From: the human T2T-CHM13v2.0 reference genome, Homo sapiens
Assembly: GCF_009914755.1 (NCBI RefSeq)
Contig: NC_060925.1
Strand: one strand, 5' to 3'
DNA: 64,000 bases
The position numbers were made by a program, and so were the translations under genes. Position 1 is the first letter of the stretch. The number at the start of each line of letters is the position of its first letter. This document shows positions 51,403 through 64,000 of this stretch, in pieces. The notes beneath the pieces are model-generated. The model was not told the DNA's origin, did not search any database, and was given only the letters and a program-made list of their open reading frames with translations.

Positions 51403-52639
51403 AGTGATCTGTTTAACGGAAAAACAGATAAGACTTCAAAGCCTGAAAGATGAGAATAATTAACAATAATCAGGAACAGGGCATATAAAACAAATAGGAA
51501 GTAGTCAGCAACACTGTTTTGTTTTACTTATTTGGCTTCCAGTTTTTATAGTAAACTCATTTTCTCAATTATTTTCCTGTATTTATTCTTGACATTTCTT
51601 AAATTTATTCAAAACCCTAGAGTAAATCCTTTACTCAAAAACTCTACAAGCAACTAGGTTGCCTTATAATTGTTGGTAAATATGCAACACTTGGGTCATC
51701 ATCATATGCCAGTTTAATTATTAAATTATAAATAATATTAATATAAAAAATAGAAATGTGCTATGTATGCAGAGATAAATGTTTTGAAAATACATATTGG
51801 ATGCAGATAGTCTACAAGGCCAATCTTCAAATAAAACAATTTCAAGATAAGCTCTTTTACCTAGAGGTAGATATAAATACGACACAAATCAAACAGAAAT
51901 ATTTATCAACTATGTTAATTTTACCTAGCTTGGTTCTAAAGAAAAATGATCACATTTAGCAAACTCAAAGATAATTAAATTTCACCACAGCAAAAACAGA
52001 AGCATATCTTATTTGGTCATTGGAAAAAGTTAAAAAAAAAAAAAAGTCCTCAAATAAATGCTAGAAAGTTAATAGGCATACTATGAAGATAAAAGAGCAA
52101 ATTAGATGATCATACAAAAAGATAATTTATGGTCAGCCTGTAAATTATGAAAAATCTTTACACATATAACTACTTTAATTCCCAATAAATGCAATTAACA
52201 TGAAAACAGAAAAGCAGCAAGCAAAACTGAATATTCTATTTCATATACTTAATATAAAATAGCGGAGTACAAAAGCAATGAGATCTTCAAAAGACTAATG
52301 AAATCAATGCTTGTATAATAAAATAAGTAACTTACCATGGCAAAGTTCCCTGTCAATTCCACTAAGAGGAGACTCCTACTTCAAATGAAGCTAAAAGTGT
52401 CTGTATGATTGACTGAAACCTGAAATTTTTCCAATCTACAAATACTTTTTTCTCAAACTAATTTCATAAATTAACACTGCATGGAAAACTATCATTATTT
52501 ACACAATAAGTAAACTTTATAAGTTCAAGGAATACATACAAAATAATAAAACAAATTAACTATTAAACCCATACACACATTTTCATACAAGCAGATTTAA
52601 TGACTAGCTTTAAAGCAAAGAGTTACAGAATTTAGAATA

Positions 52640-53360
<721 letters not shown>

Positions 53361-53363
53361 TAT

Positions 53364-59724
<6,361 letters not shown>

Positions 59725-59750
59725 ATATCACTACACACATGAAAAGGAAA

Positions 59751-60850
59751 TGTGGTCTAAGAAATATACTTGGTCTCTGTCCAAAGTTCTGAAACTGCCA
59801 CTGCAAAATTACAGCTAAGACAGTGAAAGAGATCTGACCTAAACAAACCATCTTGCTTCTAACCTCCAAGCTGTCCTTTTTCATTCCTGGGCATAGACTG
59901 AACTGACTTTGAGAAGAACTTACTTTACAGCTTAAAAAACATGAAAACAGCCCTTTCCTTTCCCAAAACAAACCTCCTTCTTGCCTGGGGACTAGACTGT
60001 CTTTGTAAGACTAACAAATTAGCCACAAGATTAGAAATTAAGGTTTAGGAGGCATGCAGCTGGAGGCCACAAGATTCTGACCCTCCTTAAACTGTTCCTA
60101 AGATCAGTGCTTGAGATATTTTGCAGACCCTGCACTTGATGGATCAGCTGACACCACCCAGATAGATTAACTGGCTCATCTGATCTTGTGGCCCTGGCCC
60201 AGGAATTGACTCAGTGCAAGAGGACAGCTTCAATTCCCCATGATTTCATCTCTGACCCAACTAATCAGCACTCTTGACTCACTGGACTTCCCCCACCCAC
60301 CAAATTATCCTAAAAATCTCTGATCCCCAAATGCTTGGGGAGACTGATTTGAGTAATAAAACTCTGGGCTCAAGCATAGCTGGCTCTGCATGAATTACTC
60401 TTTCTCTATTGCAATTCCAGTGTCTTGATAAATCAGCTCTGTCTAGGCAGTGGGGGAAGGGGAACCCATTAGGGTGTTACAGTTCCTCACACACAGTTCC
60501 TAAAATCCTTGGAGTTTCCTGAGTGATATCAGCATCTTTTGTTATTCACAGCAAGTTCCTTTTGATCATACCTGAATTTAGTGAAGTGACTTAGGGTGAG
60601 ACACCCACAAAGCCTTAGGATAAGGCTGGTCAAAAGATCACCAAGTAATTAGTTGGAACTTTTGCACACACACCAACCTCCAGGAAGCGGGTGAGGCCTG
60701 GAGATTAAGCTCTATAAAACTCTATAAAGCTCCTAAACAATAAGATTGAATGAGTTTCCAGGTTGGTGAACACACTGAGGTCTAGGATGATCAGGAGAGC
60801 ATGCATGCCCAGAGAGGGCATGGAAGCTCTGCAAACCATCCTCTTCCCTA
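59751..60850 (+). mobile_element. MER21-like LTR split by an LTR8 insertion
   Basis: aagaaatatacttggtctctgtcc..gttc|ct..cacagttcctaaaatccttggagtttcctgagtgat rejoins across the LTR8. Confidence 0.7.
59790..60481 (+). mobile_element. LTR8 solo LTR (692 bp)
   Basis: tgaaactgcc...gtgttaca termini; perfect 4-bp TSD GTTC. Confidence 0.9.
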
Positions 60851-60851
60851 C

Positions 60852-61021
60852 CTTGGAATATTTGCATTGTACTTACCAACTGAGCACCCCTAATCTGAAA
60901 ATCCAAAGTCCAAAATGCTCCAATTAGCATTTCTTTTGAGCATCATATCACAGCTCAAAAAGTTTCAAATCTTGGAACATTACAAATTCTGGATTTTTAG
61001 ATTTCAGATGCTAAATCTGTA
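60852..61021. mobile_element. Tigger4/MER46-like DNA transposon fragment
   Basis: tgagcacccctaatctgaaaatccaaa..ccaaaatgctccaa...gatgctaaatctg|ta. Confidence 0.7.
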
Positions 61022-61099
61022 TTTCTTATAACTGCATGTAAATCTATAATTATTAATATCTCAAAATTAAAAGTTTAATTTCAAATTTTTAAAAACAAA

Positions 61100-63060
61100 T
61101 TTTCAGCTTTAAAAAATGCTTAGAAATAAACTTATGAAAAATATAGGCAAAACCTAGAGTTAAAATCAGTATCATAAAGATGTCAATTCTCCCTGAGATA
61201 ATTGGTAAGATAAAGGCAGTTCCAATAAAAAATACCAAGAAGCTTTTTTAGGGAGCTAGATAAACTGATACTAAAGTTCCTATGAAAAAACAAACAGGAA
61301 GAAATATTCTCTAAAACAATGAAAAAGAGAAGCTAAGATAGGGGAAGAAGAGAAGTATCAGACATTAAAACATATCATAAAGCGTCTACAATAAAGGAAT
61401 GATAACAATACAGAAACAGAAACAGACCAGCAGATGGATAAACTTTTTAAAATAGGGCTGGGGGCACATAGCTAGTCATTTGGATGGATGAAATTAAATC
61501 CACATTTCAAAACATACACTAAAATAAACTCCAAATAGATTGAGAATTTAAATGTAAAAAAATAAAGATGAGACAAGTATTTTAAGAAACAAGGGGTTTC
61601 TCTACATCCTGGTTGTAGGGAGAAGCTTTTAACTGTGATTCAAAGATCTAGATGTAATTTTTAAAAATTGATAATTTTAACTAAAAACTTTTGAATGGTA
61701 AAAAAATAAAATAGGAAGAAAATATAGGCAACACAGGTCATAGGTAACAGACTAGTATTCCTAATATAACAAAGTCTTATAAATTGAACCCAAAAAGTCA
61801 AGCACCTAATAGAAGAAAAGGGTCTGTCAGCTAAAGATATGAGTATACTACTCACTAATAAGTATATTAGTAAACCAGTAAACATATGAAAACATAGTCA
61901 ATCTCATTTATAATTAAAGAAACACAAAACTATTCTGAGATATATTTCTCACCTAATATATTGGCAAAAATTAAAAACTATGAAACTTTTCAAAGTCATT
62001 CTGTTAGAGGTGCTGTGGGGAAAACAGACATATTTACATGTTGTTGGTGAAGACACAAACTGCTTTTGGAGGGTGGTTTATTTGGTACTATCCATTCATA
62101 CCTTTGACCCAGCAATCCCACTTCTAGGTATTTACACTGAAAGTACACCTCCAATAATATGAAAATACATAGGCACAAATTAGTCACTCTCTACTGGCTG
62201 TAATTTCAAAATAATGGAAACTGCGTACTTGTCATTATATAACAAAGTGATTAAGTAAATTACAGTACAACCACATGACAAGTTTCATGCAGCTGTAAAA
62301 AAGAATGAGGAGGACTTCTATGAACTTCCATAGAGTTACCTTCCTCATAAATTGTTAAATAAAGTACAGAAAAAAAATTACTAGAAAGCTACCCTTTGTG
62401 AAAGAGAGTAAAAATAAGAAAATGTGCATATGTATCTGTAAATCTGACTAATAAAATTGGTGACCTAAAGAAGGTAAGTAGAAATGGAGTAGAAAAGATG
62501 GAGGTAGGGAAATTGGTAGAAAAGCTGAAAGGGTAGCCGTTATTGATTATAACTTTTTATACAGCTCTGATTTTTAGAATCAGGGTAATATTTTACATAT
62601 TCAAAAAGGATATATATAATAAGGATGGAAAGTGGGGTGAAATACAAATAGAAGTAAATGAACCTAACTGTATTTCAAAGAAATATCACAACGAAAATTG
62701 AAGAAAATTAAACAAATCCAAATAACCTTTGAATATACTATATTTTCAGTATATATTCTCAGGCTAAAGACAAACGGAATTTCAAAGAAATATCTCTAGT
62801 TACATTGGTTTTCTCAGCAATTTTCATGCTAACTTTTGTATATATATTCTAAGACCATGCAAATAAGTAAGTGTATTTTGATCGTGACAGCTAGGTTTCC
62901 ATCAGAAAAGGAAATTATAAATATAGAAAGGACAAATGCCAGAATGAACCCTAAACATGGTAGAATAGCATGGATTGACCTCAGCTTGTATGGACTGACC
63001 ACTGACCCTTGCCTATGCTATAGAATATATTAACTAAAGATAAATAATTTTCTGTAATCA
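61100..63060 (+). mobile_element. Old L1M ORF2 and 3' UTR remnant
   Basis: aagatgtcaattctccc and tttgacccagcaatcccacttctagg among other L1-like blocks. Confidence 0.65.
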
Positions 63061-63212
63061 TGAGTCAGGGAGTTGTTTTGGCGCAAAACACATCAGTTGG
63101 TCAGCATTGTTTAGTAATAATAATTGAATTCATGATTTTCATGATTTGCACCTGATTTCAGTAGTATCTATTAAAGCTGGTCACATAACCAAAATGTATG
63201 CATCTAAGTGAC

Positions 63213-64000
63213 TGAAACCACCTTTGCAAAATTATGACTAAGACAGTGAAAGAGATCTAACCTAACTGACTCCATCTTACTTCTAACCTCCAAGCTGTCC
63301 TTGTTCATTACTGGGCACAGGCTTAACTAACTTTGGGAGGAACTTAGTTTACAGGTTTGTTTTGTTTTTTGTTTTGTTTTTTTTGAGACAGAGTCTCGCT
63401 CTGCTGCCCAGGCTGGACTGTGGTGGCGTGTGCTCAGCTCACTGCAGCTCCTTCCTCATGGGTTCAAGTGATTCTTCTGCCTCAGCATCCTGAGTAGCTG
63501 GGATTACAGGCATACATCACCACACCCTGCTAATTTTTGTATTTTTTGTAGAGACGAGGTTTCTCCATGTCGGCCAGGCTGGTCTTGAACTTCTGACCTC
63601 AGGTGGTCCATCCACCTTGACCTCCCAAAGTGCTGGGATTACAGGTGTGGGCCACTGTGCCCAGCCAATTTACAGGTTACAGCTTAAAACAAAGACCATA
63701 ACAGCCCTTTCCCCAAAACAAACCTCCTCCTTGCCTGGCAACTAGACAACTAACACTGGCCACAAGATCAGAAATTATAGTTTATAAGTTAGGCAGCTGG
63801 AGGCTACAAGATTCTGACCTTCCCTAAACTGCTCTTAAGATCAGTGCTTGAGATATTTTGCAGACCCTGCACTTGACAGATCAGCTGGCAACACCCAGAT
63901 TGATTAACTGGCCCATCTGATATTATGCCCCCACCCAGGAATTGACCCAGTGCAAGAGGACAGCTTCAATTCCCTATTATTTCATCTCCTACCTAACCAA
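63213..64000 (+). mobile_element. Second LTR8 (runs off the window) with a nested AluS (-) at ~63357-63666
   Basis: tgaaaccacctttgcaaaattatgac..., collinear with 59790-60481. Alu TSD tttacaggtt. Confidence 0.88.

Noticed and set aside
59790-64000. Two LTR8 copies as the ends of one provirus
   Set aside because: The first has its own TSD on both sides and the intervening DNA is MER21, Tigger and L1 rather than retroviral internal sequence.

Overview
Human (or very closely related hominid) genomic DNA from inside the COP1 (RFWD2) E3 ubiquitin-ligase gene, which runs on the minus strand. Five coding exons are resolved to the base: 43238-43124, 38631-38496, 3651-3508, 1145-1037 and 594-513. All have canonical AG/GT boundaries and consistent phases. 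They encode roughly T343-V538, from the linker through the ATM site S387 to the first WD40 blades, and are probably exons 10-14. The rest is intron, densely packed with retroelements: about 30 Alus (two are young AluYb-type copies), a full-length SVA, two primate L1PA copies, older L1M/L2/MIR, several solo LTRs, a 5'-truncated MER4-group ERV, and DNA transposons. No RNA gene, CRISPR array or prokaryote-type system is visible, and I cannot demonstrate a new biological system. The best leads are: (1) a 144-codon stop-free in-frame extension of exon 10 into the intron with a downstream poly(A) signal, a candidate WD40-less COP1 isoform; (2) a 339-bp composite Alu/unique/L1 segment duplicated on both sides of exon 10; (3) a candidate developmental enhancer built around a 26-bp palindrome; (4) young, potentially polymorphic insertions; and (5) several templated inverted-insertion scars. 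Repeat family names and exon numbers come from my recall of consensus sequences, not from a database search.
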